Assembly (NCBI GenBank): GCA_046753905.1
Contig: JBHHUU010000003.1
Location: 1-40,161 of the forward strand
Reading direction: 5' to 3'
From: Nitrospirota bacterium
GTDB taxonomy: Bacteria > Nitrospirota > Nitrospiria > JBHHUU01
DNA: 40,161 bases
Of the stretch, positions 8,478-23,400 are shown piece after piece. The first letter of the stretch is position 1; the number at the start of each line of letters is the position of its first letter. A program made the translations under genes and the position numbers. Under the pieces are notes generated by a model. The model was not told where the DNA came from. It saw only the letters and a program-made list of their open reading frames with translations, and did no database searches.

Positions 8478-11400
8478 ATGTATTTATTTAACAGAATAAG
8501 CGTTAGGGGAATAATACTGTTAGGGATATTGTTTTATGGGCTTTTAGGTTTCAATATAACAGCAGGTGCGATTTATTATCATACTGAGCCTCCTGATACA
8601 AGACTTGATCTGGGATCTGCACAGGGGACAGAAAAATCTGAAAAACCTAAGGTCATATCTGATGGAGGGGGACATGTATATGTAGTATGGGAGGATAAAA
8701 GAGATGGGAAAAGTGATATCTATTTCAATTACTCTCAAGATAACGGAGCAACATGGCAGAACCCTGATATAAGGATAGACCTTGGTGACAACCCCGGCAA
8801 ATATAAGTCAAAGAATCCTGTTATAGCTATTACCAATAAAGAAGGGGAGTCTGTTACAGATAAAAGGTATGTATATATAGCGTGGGTGGAAAAGAGAGAG
8901 AAAAAGAAGGAAGGTATCTATCTTAACTATTCTCAAGATAACGGAGCAACATGGCAGAGTTCTGCAATAGAAATAAGCAGAGATAAGAAGCCTGCAAAAT
9001 ATTCTATCCCCTCGGTTTATGCCATTTCAGATGGTCATATCTATGTATTATGGCACTCCACAACAAAAGGAAAGTCTTATCTGTTCTTAAACTATTCAAC
9101 TGATTATGGCGCTACATGGCAGCCAAATGCCATCAAGATAAACAGGTCTGGTTTTACCCAGCCACATGAGAGTGATGAGGCATATAATACTCATGGCGGC
9201 ATACCGATAGCTGCATTTCCAAATGGCATGGTACATGTATTCTGGTCTCAGGATGTGAATGGCAAGGAACAGCTATTTTCAAACTATTCAATGGATTTTG
9301 GACTCACATGGCAGGGGACAGATATAAGGGTTGGGACAGGGACAGGTGATTCAAAACATGTTGCATTATATCACAGTCCTACAGATGGACATATATATGT
9401 AGTATATGAGGATAACAGGGATGGTGACTGGGGGGTATACCTCTCTCACTCTGATATGCATGGTATGCCGGGGACATGGAAACCTGATATCAGGATTGAT
9501 GTAGGATATGGTGTTCAGGGGTCTCATTCTGCAAAACATCCGGCAATAGGAGGGACCAATTCTCATATCTATGTATCATGGCTTGATCTTGATAAGACAG
9601 TGCCGTCTAATGATAACCGTGATATATACTTTAATGTCTCTACCAATCATGGAGAGACAGGTTCATGGCTTGCTGCCAGCCTGAGATTGAATACAAGCCA
9701 TCCAGCAGGCACATTTGATGCAGAGCCTTTACATTTAAGGGCAAATACAAGTGGAAGGGTATTTGTATGCTGGGAGGAGAAGCATGACAATAATGGGGTG
9801 GAGGGAGAAGAGATAAGGCTTAATTATTCTGATGATTATGGTTCTACATGGCTGTCTGCTGATATAAGGGTAAATAATCCCCCTCCTAATGCAACTAATA
9901 ATGAGGCAGAGCATCACTTTTCATACCTTGATGACAGCGGTCTATTATCTTTTGTATGGGAGGATAACAGGAATGGAAAGATGGATATCTATTATAACAG
10001 GGCGATGGGAGGTACAGCAGTTGATACTGAGTCTCCAGTCACAACTGCCGTTCCGATCGGAGATATATATGGCGCTCAGTTGACAGTAGACTTAACAGCA
10101 ACAGATAATAAAGATCCCATTCCAACTATATATTATACTACAGACGGGACAGACCCTACTGTTGGCGGTACTACCACTATATCAGGTCCAAGCCCTGTAA
10201 CAGGTATACCAATAACAGTAACAGGTCTTACAATATTGAAGTTTTTTGCTGTAGACAGTTCAGGTAATAGCGAGACAATTAATACAGAGCAATATACAAT
10301 AGACACAAGTTTTCCCACTACAACAGCCTCTCCACCAGGCAATAGGTATGGTTCAGCCCAGTCAGTGACACTCACGGCAAATGAACCAGCCACGATATAC
10401 TATACTACAGACGGTACTACCCCGGCTGTAGGAGGTCCTACTACTACATCAGGTCCAAGTCCTGTAACAGGTATACCGATATCAGCAGAAGGCATTACAC
10501 AATTAAAATTCTTTGCTATAGATATGGTAGGCAATAATGAGCCTATCAATACCGAGCAATATATAATAGATACGACTCCGCCTACTACTATAGCTGAACC
10601 TATTGGTACGAGAGTAGCGGATCCGACTGTGGGTGTCTTTGCTACGCCTATACATGTAAGGCTGATCCCTGATGAGGTGGCGACGACATATTATACCATT
10701 GACGGGAGTAATCCGACTACACAGTCCCCTGTCATGGGATTTGATATCCATATAACCGGTAACACACTATTAAAATTCTTTTCTGTGGATATTATTGGGA
10801 ATCAGGAAGCGATAAAATCAGAGAACTATGTTATAGATACTATCCCGCCCGTATCTTCTGCCTCTGTTACTACCGGAACATATCGAAACCCTCAGACAGT
10901 CACATTATCTGTGACAGACAACTATGACCCTACACCTCTGATATTTTATACGACAGACGGGTCAGAACCAACAATGGCTTCTATTCTTTATACAGCCCCA
11001 ATAACAATAAGCACAACTACTACCCTGAAGTTTTTTTCAATGGATATGGTGATGAACCATGAGACAACCAATACAGAGGTATATACCATATATCCTCTAA
11101 CTGCTGCATCTCCTGTTGGAGGTATATATAGTACCACGCAGTATATAACCCTGACATCAGATCCTCCGTCAACGATATATTATACTACTGATGGCACAAC
11201 TCCAGTGCCCGGCAACCCAAACACCACCTCAGGGATGAGCCCTGTTACCAATATTGCTATTGCATCGTCTCTGACCTTAAACTTTTTTGCGGTTGACAGT
11301 TATGGCAATACAGAGCCCCTGAAGAGTGAAACATATACCATTGACAATAATCCGCCCTATACTACTGCTTCGCCAGTAGGAGGTATATATACTGGTTCTC

Positions 11401-14400
11401 AGAGCGTGACACTTTCGGCAGTAGATGACACAGACCCTGCGCCAACTATATATTACAGCCTTGATGGGGTTGATCCTACAATAGGGGGTGCAAATACATA
11501 TTCAGGCGCTAGCCCTGTACAGGGAATTACCATATCGTCCAATACGGTTTTAAAATTCTTTGCAGTTGATAACCTTGGTAATACAGAGGGGATTAAGAGA
11601 GAAGACTATACTATCCAGGTTCCTCCAAGTGTAGGGCATAGCTGGATATGGGCTATTGATGACGGAGCAAGACCGACCCCCAGGACACAGAGTGATGGGA
11701 CACCTATAATTGTAAAGACAAATGGGACAGGTGCAAAGGATCCTATTCTTAGGCTGAGGATGGTAGAGTATGTGGATCAGGGTTTTACCAATGAGCCTAT
11801 TACCCTTGTATATACGACTGACCCTACATGGTCAAGTAATTTCTTTATTGTTGGTGAACCAGGGTCTGCTCCTTCTGCCACCAATAAGTTCAGGTTCAGG
11901 AATTCTCAGTGGATTATTCATGAAGGAACAGCAGCATTTCCATCAATATTTTTTGATCCCATGATGTCAAATCTTACGATCTCTGGCATTGAGATAGAGA
12001 ACTATCCTGCCCTCCATTCTGTAACAGGGGACAAGTATTATGAACACGATATCTCTTTAGAATATCTGGGGGATGAGACTGATACATACTATTTCAGAGG
12101 TGTGACAAGGGGGGAGTTGTGGTCATTCTCATCCATGCATGGTAACCAAGGACCTACTGTCTTTACAATTGCATCAGGTCAGTCTAAATATCTTACCTTT
12201 CCATTAGAATCGTTTGACACAGGATATATAGCAGATGGTTTAAGCCCTGATACCGGTTCGCCAGCAGCCAGTTATACATATAAGGTTGTATATACAGATG
12301 AAGGGGGAAGTGCTCCTGTAAATCCTAATGTATATATAAATAGTGTGAGCTATATTATGTCTGTAGATACAGGGGCAGCCGATCCTCTCCTTAGTGATGG
12401 TATCTATACAAATGGAGAACAATATACTTATACAATATCAGGCAGCACTCTTAATCTGGGATTAAATAATACATACTACTTTGATTTTGACGGCATAAAG
12501 CTTCCGCCTTCAGGGAACATAACAGGCCCTTCTATTGGTACAGACAGTGAACAGCATAACTGGATATGGGCGTATGATAATGCTGCTAATCCAAACCCGA
12601 GAACAAGTTATGAGAATGTCCCTATAACCGTTCAGAAGTTGGGAACAGGTATGGGTAGTCCAATCCTGAGGCTCAGAGTAATGGAGCATACTTTGAGTTC
12701 CCTTAATAATGTATCCTTATCTTTATATTATTCTACTGACCCGACGGGTCAAACAGGTCTTCGCGAGGTGGTAGACAGGACAGGGGTGCCACTGCCTGCT
12801 GATAAATTCCAGTTCATTGACTCAACCTTCCTCAGTCATGCCCAGTTATTAGATACAGCCTATCCTGCCGCAATGCCTGCGCTCCTTTTAGATCATATAG
12901 GTCAGTCTATTGCCGGGCTGCAGATAGAAGAGGGCGGTATGGTCTCAGGTTATAATGCGGGCGCAGATGAGTGGAGGGAGCATGACTTTGCTATCAAATA
13001 TATAGGAGATGAGACAGCCGCATACTATTTCTTTGGGTCAAGCGGGGGTAATGTATGGACACCAGTAGACATAGGCGGAGGTGCAAGACTTGATACCCTT
13101 CAGTCCAGTCTTCCGATAGATCCGACCAATCTTGTAGCTTCAGCCCTTTCTACGGTTGCAGAGATAGACCTGTCCTGGATAGATAATTCAAGCAATGAGG
13201 TCGGCTTTAAGATAGAGAGGAAGATAGGGGCAGGCGGCGCTTATACAGAGATAGCCACAGTTGGTGTAGGCGCTGTCGCATATAATGATACAGGTCTATT
13301 ACCAAATACAACATATTACTACAGAGTAAGGGCATACAATATCAATGGAAACTCCAATTATTCAAATGAGGTTTTTGCGATAACCCCTGAGGTTAATGCA
13401 CCTGGTAATCTTACAGCTACCCCTCTATCTACCAGTCAAATAGACCTTTTATGGTCGGATAATTCTGCAAATGAGACAGAGTTTGTAGTGCAGCGGGCAC
13501 TCACTCAGGGTGCATACAGCGATATAGCAATCCTTCCTGCAGGCAGTACCTCTTACAGCGATACGGGTCTTTCTGCAGACACAGAATATTTTTACAGGGT
13601 AATGGCACGTATTACTGGCGGGACTAATTCTGCATGGTCTAATGAGGTAAATGTAAGGACACTGCCACTTCCTCCTGCTGCACCGACATCTCTCTCTGTT
13701 ACAGTAGTATCAGAGTCAAGGATAGACCTTTCATGGATAGATAACGCTGCAAATGAGAGCGGTTTTAAGATAGAGAGAAAGATAGGGGCAGGTGGTACTT
13801 ATGCAGAGATAGACCTTATAGGAGGCAATTTTACTAATTATAATGATACAGGACTTGTTCCAAATACCACATATTATTATCGTATCAGGGCAACAAATGC
13901 AGGCGGAGACTCAGCATACTCAAATGAGGCGTCTGGCACTACAGTTATTATAACACCTCCTAACAGTCTATCAGCAACTGCTGTATCAAGCAGTCAGGTA
14001 GACCTAACATGGACAGACCTGTCAGCAAATGAGACAGGTTATAAGATTGAGAGAAAGACAGGCGCGGCAGGTACTTATGCACAGATTGCAACTGTTGGAC
14101 AGGATATAACTCAGTTTACAGATGCAGGACTCATAGATGGCATATCATACTATTACAGGGTAAGGGGGTATAATGCACAGGCCGATTCAGGATATTCAAA
14201 TGAGGCGAATGTAGTCACACCATTAAATCCACCTGATAATCTTACTGCATCAACCCTTTCTAATGACCAGATATACCTTATGTGGACAGATAATTCTTCA
14301 AGTGAGACAGGTTACGAGATAGAGAGAAAAACAGGAGTCGCCGGGACTTATGCACTTGTCGCAACTCTTGCTGCAAATGTTAACACATATACTGACAGCG

Positions 14401-17400
14401 GGCTTAATGAAATAACTGGATACTATTACAGGATAAAGGCGGTAAACAGTGTTACTGGGTCTCCTTATTCTAATGAAGTGAATGCCACTACCATGCTTAA
14501 TCCACCCACAGGCGTGACAGCCACTCCTGTATCAGGGAGTCAGATAGATATGACATGGATAGATAATTCCTCAAGTGAGACAGGCTATAAGATAGAAAGA
14601 AAGCAGGGTGTCTCAGGAACTTATACCCAGATTGCTACAACAGGGGCAGATACAGTCACATATAATGATACAGGATTGAGTGAGGCAGCAACTTATTATT
14701 ACAGGGTCAGAGCGTATGATTTAATCGGTGATTCTCCGTATTCAGGTGAAATATCCACTGTTACCCTGTTAAATGCTCCTGGTGGATTGGCTGCTGCAAC
14801 TGTCTCTGCAAGTGAAATAGACCTGACATGGACAGATAATTCAGGATTTGAAGATGGCTTTAAGATAGAGCGAAAACAGGGAGCAAATGGCACTTATGCC
14901 GAAATAGCATCACTCCCTGCAGGAACAATATCATATAATGACACAGGTCTTACTGACAGCACTACATACTATTATCGTGTATGGGCATACAGCAATACAT
15001 ATCCTGCATCACAAAGGTCAAATGAGGCATCAACTACAACATTAGCCCTGCCTCCAGCCGCACCTTCAGGACTATCCTCTACAGCAGTATCAAATAACCT
15101 GATAGACCTTGCATGGACAGATAATTCAGGCAATGAGAGCGGTTTTAAGATAGAGAGGAAGCAAGGCATCTCAGGGACATATACTCAGATAGCTCTGACA
15201 GCAGCAGATGTTACGACATTCAGTGATACTGGACTTAATGAGGATACAGACTATTATTACAGGATAAGGGCTACTAATCAGGCAGGTGATTCAGGGTATT
15301 CCAATGAATTATCTGCATTGACCCTGTTAAATCCTCCCGCCTCTCTGACAGGCTCTGCTCCATCTGATAGCCAGATCAGCCTGAGCTGGGTAGATAATTC
15401 TTTGAAAGAGACAGGATACAAGGTTGAGAGAAAGATTGGTATAGGAGGGACTTATGCAGAGATAGCAGATATACCTGCAGATTCCAGTAGTTACAATGAT
15501 ACCAGTCTGACAGAATTTACTACCTATTATTACAGGACAAAGGCATATAATGCCACACCAAATAGCTCCTCATATACTGAGACATCCATTACAACACTGT
15601 TGAAGTTTCCGACAGTATTAACTGCTGTTTCACAATCAGAAAGCCAGATAGACCTGACATGGATAGATAATTCAGCAAATGAGAGCAATTATCAGGTGGA
15701 AAGGAAAGAGGGAGTCTCAGGTCTATATGCCGCTATCGCCACCCTTCCACTTGGTACGGTATCATATAGTGATACAGGGTTGACAGACGGCACAAGATAT
15801 TATTATAGGGTAAGGGCTGTTAATGGGGCTGTTGTTTCTCTGTATTCCAATGAAGATTCAGCAGTAACTGTATTAAGCGCGCCGGGCAGTCTCTCATCTT
15901 CACCTGTATCACCCAGTCAGATTACCCTGACATGGGCAGACAATTCCTCTTCTGAGCAGGGTTTTAAGATAGAACGTAAAACAGGTATTAGCGGAACATA
16001 TTCTCAGGTCGCTACTGTTTCGGCAAATACAATCACATATACTGATACAGGTCTTATTGATGGTACTACCTACTATTATAAAATCAGGGCAGCAAATTCA
16101 GAGGGTGATTCTTTATATTCTAATGAGACATCTGCTATAACACCGCTTGGTCCTCCGACAGGGGCGTCTGCATCTGCTATATCAGGGAGTCAGATAGATA
16201 TAACATGGGTGGATAATTCAGCGACTGAGTCAGGTTACAGGATAGAGAGAAAAATCGGTGCAGGCGGGCAATATACAGAGATAGGAACAGTTGGTGCAGA
16301 TATTATATCGTATAGTGATACAGGACTAACCGATGGATTGGTATATTACTATCAGGTAAGGGCATATAGTGCTGCGGCAGGTTATTCAGCGTACTCAAAT
16401 GAGGCATCTGCTATAACCCCAATAGCACCCCCGACGAGTCTTAATGCCACTGTCATATCAACCAGCCAGATTGATCTGACATGGATAGATAATTCTGCAT
16501 CTGAGGATGGCTTTAAGATAGAGAGAAAGCAAGGTGTATCAGGGACATATATACAGCTTCCGTCAGTAATATTGGCAGATGCCACTGCATATAGCGATAC
16601 GGGTCTTACTGATGGGACAAACTATTATTATAGGATCAGGGCAACAAACAGCAACGGGGACTCAACATATTCCAATGAGGTATCAGTATGGACACCATTA
16701 AACCCTCCTACGGGATTGATAGCCACCACACAGTCAGAGAGTGCGATAAAGATTGACTGGAGCGATCAATCTGCTGCTGAGACAGGGTTTAAGATAGAGA
16801 GAAAAGTTGGAGTATCTGGCACATACACAGAGATAGCCACGGTTGGGGCAGGGATTACTACCTATACAAATTCTGGATTGAGTGAGTTTACGACATACTA
16901 TTACAGGGTAAGGGCGACTAATTCAGGCGGTGATTCTCTATATTCAAATGAGACATCCGCAGTAACAAAATTGAATCCTCCATCATCGTTAATCATTCAG
17001 GTGGCTTCAAGCAGTCGGCTTGACCTCTCCTGGACAGATAACTCACTGGCAGAGACAGGATTCAGCATAGAGAGGAAGACCGATCAGTCTGGGTATAGTG
17101 TAATTGCATCACCCGGACAGAACACAACTGTATATAATGATACAGGGGTAACTGATGGAGTGAGATATTATTACAGGGTAAAGGCTGTAGCCAGCGGTGA
17201 GGACTCTTTCTATTCAAATGAGGCATCCGCAATTACCCCATTGAATCCGCCAAGCGGATTGGCTGCATCTGCTGTATCAAACAATCAGATTGACCTTACA
17301 TGGACAGATAATTCATCAGGCGAAACAGGATATACTATAGAACAGAAAACAGGCTCATCCGGTTCATATAGTGTAATATCACAGGTTGGTGCAGGGGCTA

Positions 17401-20400
17401 CATCATATAATGTAACAGGTCTTGTTGACGGGATTATTTACTATTATCGTCTAAAGGCAGCTAATTCATTGACTGAGTCTCTTTATTCTAATGAGTCACT
17501 TGCAATGACGCCACTGATACCGCCGTCTAATCTTAGTGCATCATCTACATCAAATACGAGCATTACTCTTACATGGCTGGATAATACACCATCAGAGACA
17601 GGTTATAAGATAGAGAGAAAGACAGGCGCTGGTGGCACTTATGCAGAGATAGCGATAACTGGAGCTAATGCTGTAACATATTTAGATACAGGACTCACAG
17701 GCAATACTGCATATTATTACCGTATCAGGGCGACCAATGCAGGTGGAGACTCACAGTATTCAAACGAGGCATCAGCAACCACTTCACTGTTTGCACCATC
17801 TAACCTCACTGCTGCGACACTCTCTCCAAGCCAGATTCGTCTTGATTGGAGTGATAATTCTATTGATGAGACAGGATTCAGGATAGAGAGAAAAATAGGC
17901 TCAGGCGGTACATACACAGAGATAGCCACAGTAGGCACAAATATTACGATGTATGATGATAGTGGACTGACAGATAGCACCCAGTACTATTATCGGGTGA
18001 GGGCGTATGATATTAATGGAAACTCATCCTATTCAAACGAGGCAAATGCTGTCACATATCCCCTGCCCCCTGCTGGTCCGAGTGGTCTGAATACTCAGGT
18101 TATCTCTTCATCAGAGATCATGGTGACATGGACAGACAACTCTAACAATGAGGATGGATTCAGGATAGAGAGGAGTACTGATGGTGTTAATTATCAGCAG
18201 ATAGCCACAGTGGGAGTAGGAGCTACATCATATAACGATACAGGACTCTCTCCAAATACTACATATTACTACAGGGTGAGTGCATATAATACAGGAGGCG
18301 GTTCAGGATATTCAAACACGTCATCTAATTCCACCCTTATCCTTGATATACCATCCGGCCTTAGTGCAGCAACTATATCAGACAGCGAAATAGACCTGAC
18401 CTGGTCTGACAATTCATCAGGCGAGACAGGATTTATTATTGAAAGGAGTCTGGATGGAGTCAGCTTTGTCCAGATAGCCGCTGTAGGACAAAATATTACA
18501 TCCTATAATAATATTGGTCTGTCACCAAACACAACATACTATTATCGTGTAAAGGCATATAATGGGACAGGGGTATCTCCCTATTCTAATACAGCCTCTA
18601 ATACTACCTATATCGTAAATCCGCCTTCAGCCCTTTCAGCAGCAGCGATCTCAGGGAGTCAGATCGATCTTGTGTGGACAGATAACTCCAACAATGAGGA
18701 TGGGTTCAGGATAGAGAGGAAGACTGGAGTCTCTGGCATATATGCAGAGATAACTACTGTTGGACCGGGTCTTACATCATATAGTGATACTGGATTATCA
18801 GCAGGGACAACATACTATTATAGGGTGCGTGCCTATAACATCTCAGGCAATTCTATATATTCAAATGAGGCAAATGCTATGACTACGCCCCCTCCGCCAT
18901 CTGCACCGGGCGGACTAATAGCAGCAGGCATATCAAGCACACGTATAGGTCTAAACTGGACAGACAACTCAAATAATGAGACAGGATTCAGGATAGAGAG
19001 GAGGACTGGAGCTGCTCCATATCAGGAGATAGCCACAGTATCAGCAGATATTACATCATACAATGACACAGGATTGACAGCAAATACCGTATATTATTAT
19101 CAGATAAGGGCATATAACGCAGGAGGGAACTCGGGATACTCAAATGAGGCATCCACAGCAACACTTGTTGTAAATCCACCGAGCGGATTAACAGCTAATC
19201 CTGTATCTATAGATAGCATAGGTCTAAACTGGACAGATAATTCAAATAATGAAACAGGATTCAAAATAGAGAGAAAAACAGGCGTTGGCGGGACATACTC
19301 CCTAATCAACACAGTTGGACAGAATATAACAGCATATAATGATACAGGGCTTCTCCCTGATACCACCTATTATTATCGTGTAGCTGCGACCAATATAGTT
19401 GGTGATTCGCCATATTCAAATGAAGATAGTGCCCTTACAAAATTATCACTTCCGAGTGGATTGAGTGCGGTAACATTATCTACAAATGATATACAGCTTA
19501 CATGGACAGACAACTCACAGGAAGAGTTATTCTACATTGAACGTAGAGAAGGAAACGTAGGCAGTTTTACGCAGATAGACTCGGTTGGAGCAGGTACAAC
19601 AACATACCTTGACAGCGGATTAATAGATGGGAAGGATTATAACTATCGGGTAAGGGGATATAAGAGTGCGAACAATAATTACTCAGGATATTCTAATATA
19701 GCAGTTTCATCTACATTTTTAGAGACACCTGCAAACCTGAATGCAGCAGCGACAGGCAGCGCACAGCTAAGACTTACATGGATAGATAACTCTGTATCAG
19801 AGGATGGATACGAGATTATAAGAAAAGAGGGTATTGGAGGGACATATACACAGATAGCAGTGACAGGACCTAGTGCTGCCCTATATGATGATACAGGTTT
19901 ATTAGAGGACAGGGTCTACTATTATCAGGTAAGGGCGTATAATAGCACAGGAAACTCGCCATATTCAAATGAGGCGTCTGCACTGACACTGCTGATAAAA
20001 CCAACAAATCTGACCTCACAGGTCATTTCGGGCACAGAGGTTCGTATTGATTGGGTTGATAATTCCAACAGAGAGGATGGGTACAGGATTGAGAGACAGG
20101 ATGGTGCAGGCGGCACTTATGCAGAGATTGCAGTAGTTGGAGCAGGAGTTATAACCTATAATGATACAGGACTTACTGAGGATATGACCTATTACTACAG
20201 GGTAAGGGCATATAATAATACCAATAGCAATTATTCCCAGTATTCAGGTGGGACTATTGCCACTACACTTCCGCCGCCGCCATCAGCGCCGACATCGTTG
20301 AATATTACCTCAGTCTCCCATAACCAGATAGGATTGAACTGGACTGATAACTCTGCTAATGAAGATAAGTTCAAGATAGAGCGCAAGACAGGTATTGGCG

Positions 20401-23400
20401 GGACATATATAGAGATTGCTATAGTAGGAGCAGGTATGACATCATATACTGACGGTGGGCTTAATGAGCTTACGACCTATTACTACAGAGTGAGGGCAGC
20501 AAACACAGGGGGAGATTCGGGTTATTCTAATGAGGTAAATGCTACAACAGATATGAATTTACCCTCTAATCTGACTGCGTCTGTTCTCTCGGACAGCAGC
20601 ATCTCCTTGAACTGGACAGATACTAATTCAGAGATTAGCTACTATATAGAGAGGAGCACAGATGGGCAGAATTATACCCAGATAGCAACAGTCGGAGCAG
20701 ATATTACTGTTTATACTGATACAGGCTTGAATGAGTATACCACCTATTACTATAGGGTTAGGGGATATGACGGGTCAGTCTACTCTGCATATTCTAACTC
20801 TGCATCTGCTGCTACATTACTAAAAGCTCCTTCTGGACTTAATGCAGTTGCTCAATCTGATAGTATAATCCAACTTACATGGACTGATAATTCAGGGGTT
20901 GAGGATGGTTATAAGATTGAGAGAAGTTTAGATGGTGTTCAGTATACCCAGATAGCTACAGGGATAACTACAGGAGCCTATACAGATACAGGGTTGTCTG
21001 ATGGCACACAATACTATTATCGGGTAAGGGCATATAAGGGCACAGACAACTCAGGATATTCAAATGCAGCCAATGAAACCACACCGATGATTGCACCAAC
21101 AGGACTAAATGCCGTCGCATCCTCATCATATCAGATTGATCTCTCATGGACAGATAATTCAAATAATGAGACAGGATTCAAGATAGAGCGTAAGGTCGGG
21201 ACTGGCGGGACATATTCTCTGCTAACTACTGTTGGCACTGATATTACCTCATATAGTGATACTGGTCTTACACCTGAGACCACCTATTATTACAGGATAA
21301 GGGGGTATAATTCAAATCTTGGCATTCAATCCTTTAATTCAAATGATGCATCAGCAGTAACCTTTCTCACACCTCCTAGTGGATTGACAGCTACTGCGCA
21401 ATCAACCTCCCAGATAGTTCTGTCATGGACAGATAATACTGCACTTGAGGATGGCTTTAAGATAGAGAGAAGTCTCAGCAGTGGAGGTCCATATAGTGAG
21501 ATCGCCGCAGTAGGGGTCAATACCGCCTCATATAGTGATACTGGTCTTATTGATGGCACACAATATTACTACAGAGTAAGGGCATATAAAGGGGCAGAAA
21601 ATTCATCACCTTCAAATCCTGAGAATGCAGTAACAGCACTTGCAGCACCGACAGGACTTAGTGCCGCATCTGTATCAAACAGTCAGATAGACCTGATATG
21701 GACAGACACATCCTCGTCAGAGACAGGATTCAAGATAGAGAGAAAGACAGGGGCTACAGGAGTCTACATACAGATAGCACTTATAAGTAGTCCTGATATT
21801 ACATCTTATAGTGATACAGGACTTACTGATGGAACGAGATACTATTATAGGGTGAAGAGCACTAATGGTATAGCAGGAGACTCGGGCTATTCAAATGAGG
21901 CAAATGCAGTAACAGGATTGAATTCACCGACAGGACTTAGTGCCGCATCTGTATCAAGCAGTCAGATAGACCTGACATGGACAGACACATCCTCGTCAGA
22001 GATAGGATTCAAGATAGAGAGAAAGACAGGGGCAGGAGGCGCTTATGCACAAATCGCCCTCACAGCATCGGGGATTACCTCATATAGTGATACAGGACTG
22101 ACTGATGGGACAAGATACTATTACAGATTGAGGACGACTAATAGTATAGCAGGAGACTCGGGCTATTCAAATGAGGCAAATGCAGTAACAGGATTGAATT
22201 TACCGACAGGGCTTAATGCCGCATCAGTATCAAGCAGTCAGATAGACCTGACATGGACAGACACATCCTCGTCAGAGACAGGGTTTAAGATAGAGAGAAA
22301 GACAGGGGCAGGAGGCGCTTATGCACAGATTACATTAACAGGCGCTGATATTACATCTTATAGTGATACAGGTCTTACTCAGGGAACTCTATATTATTAC
22401 AGGGTCAGGGCGTCAAATAATGATGGCGACTCAGCTTATTCAAATGAGACATCTGCACAGACATATAGTGCCCCTGTACTATCATTCTCATCTGAATTTG
22501 GATATGAAACCCTTGATGGTATTCATCCGAATATAGGGGATATATCAACCTCGTTTACATATAAAATTATCTATACTGATGCTGATGGACAACAGCCGGG
22601 AGGACTTAAGGTATATATATTAAAGGATGGAGCCCTTTTAGATGCAAATGGATATCAGATGATAAAGGATGATCCAGGCACAAATTATCAGAATGGTGTG
22701 CAATATAAATATACCACAACACTCCCTGCTGGAGATGTGTATGCCTACTATTTTTATGCAAGTGATGGGATGGATACAGTCAGATATCCTGCGGCAGGGT
22801 CATTTAGTGGTCCTCAGGTAGCGCCTGTTCTTGCAGAATTAAGATTTTCTAATGAATCTGGATATAATAATGATCCAGATATTAACAATAAAGGCATTGA
22901 ACCAAATACAGGAAATACAGCAACAGCATTTGCATATAAGCTCGAATATGGAGACAGCCAGAACAGGGAACCGCTCTCATTAAGGATACACTTAGACGGT
23001 GATACAATAGGGAAACCTCTTGCCCTTGATACCTATGCAGCAACGGCATTAAAGAACGGAGTGTATACAGATTATGAACAATACTATTATATGTTGACAC
23101 TGGGAGAGGGCACTAACCATACCTATTATTTCAGCCTCTTTGACGGTCAGTATGAAGTTAGACTGCCGTCATCAGGTATATTAAACGGACCTGCTGTCAG
23201 CCCTGCTGCAAACTCTGCTCCTCTCCTGAATTATGCGCAGGAATCTCCATATAACGGGTCTGCCGGAGTCTCTCCCAATACAGGGTCAACAGCCACGCTA
23301 TTTACCTTTAAGGTTATATATAATGATTCGGACTTTAATAATCTTCCAACCTATGTAAAGGTGCATATAGATGGAGATGTAGAGGGTGTTAATATGACTC

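Noticed and set aside
13119-22465. Periodic DNA repeats as a CRISPR array or DGR template/variable repeats
   Set aside because: The ~276-nt period is in-frame coding repetition; no spacers, cas genes or reverse transcriptase in the window.
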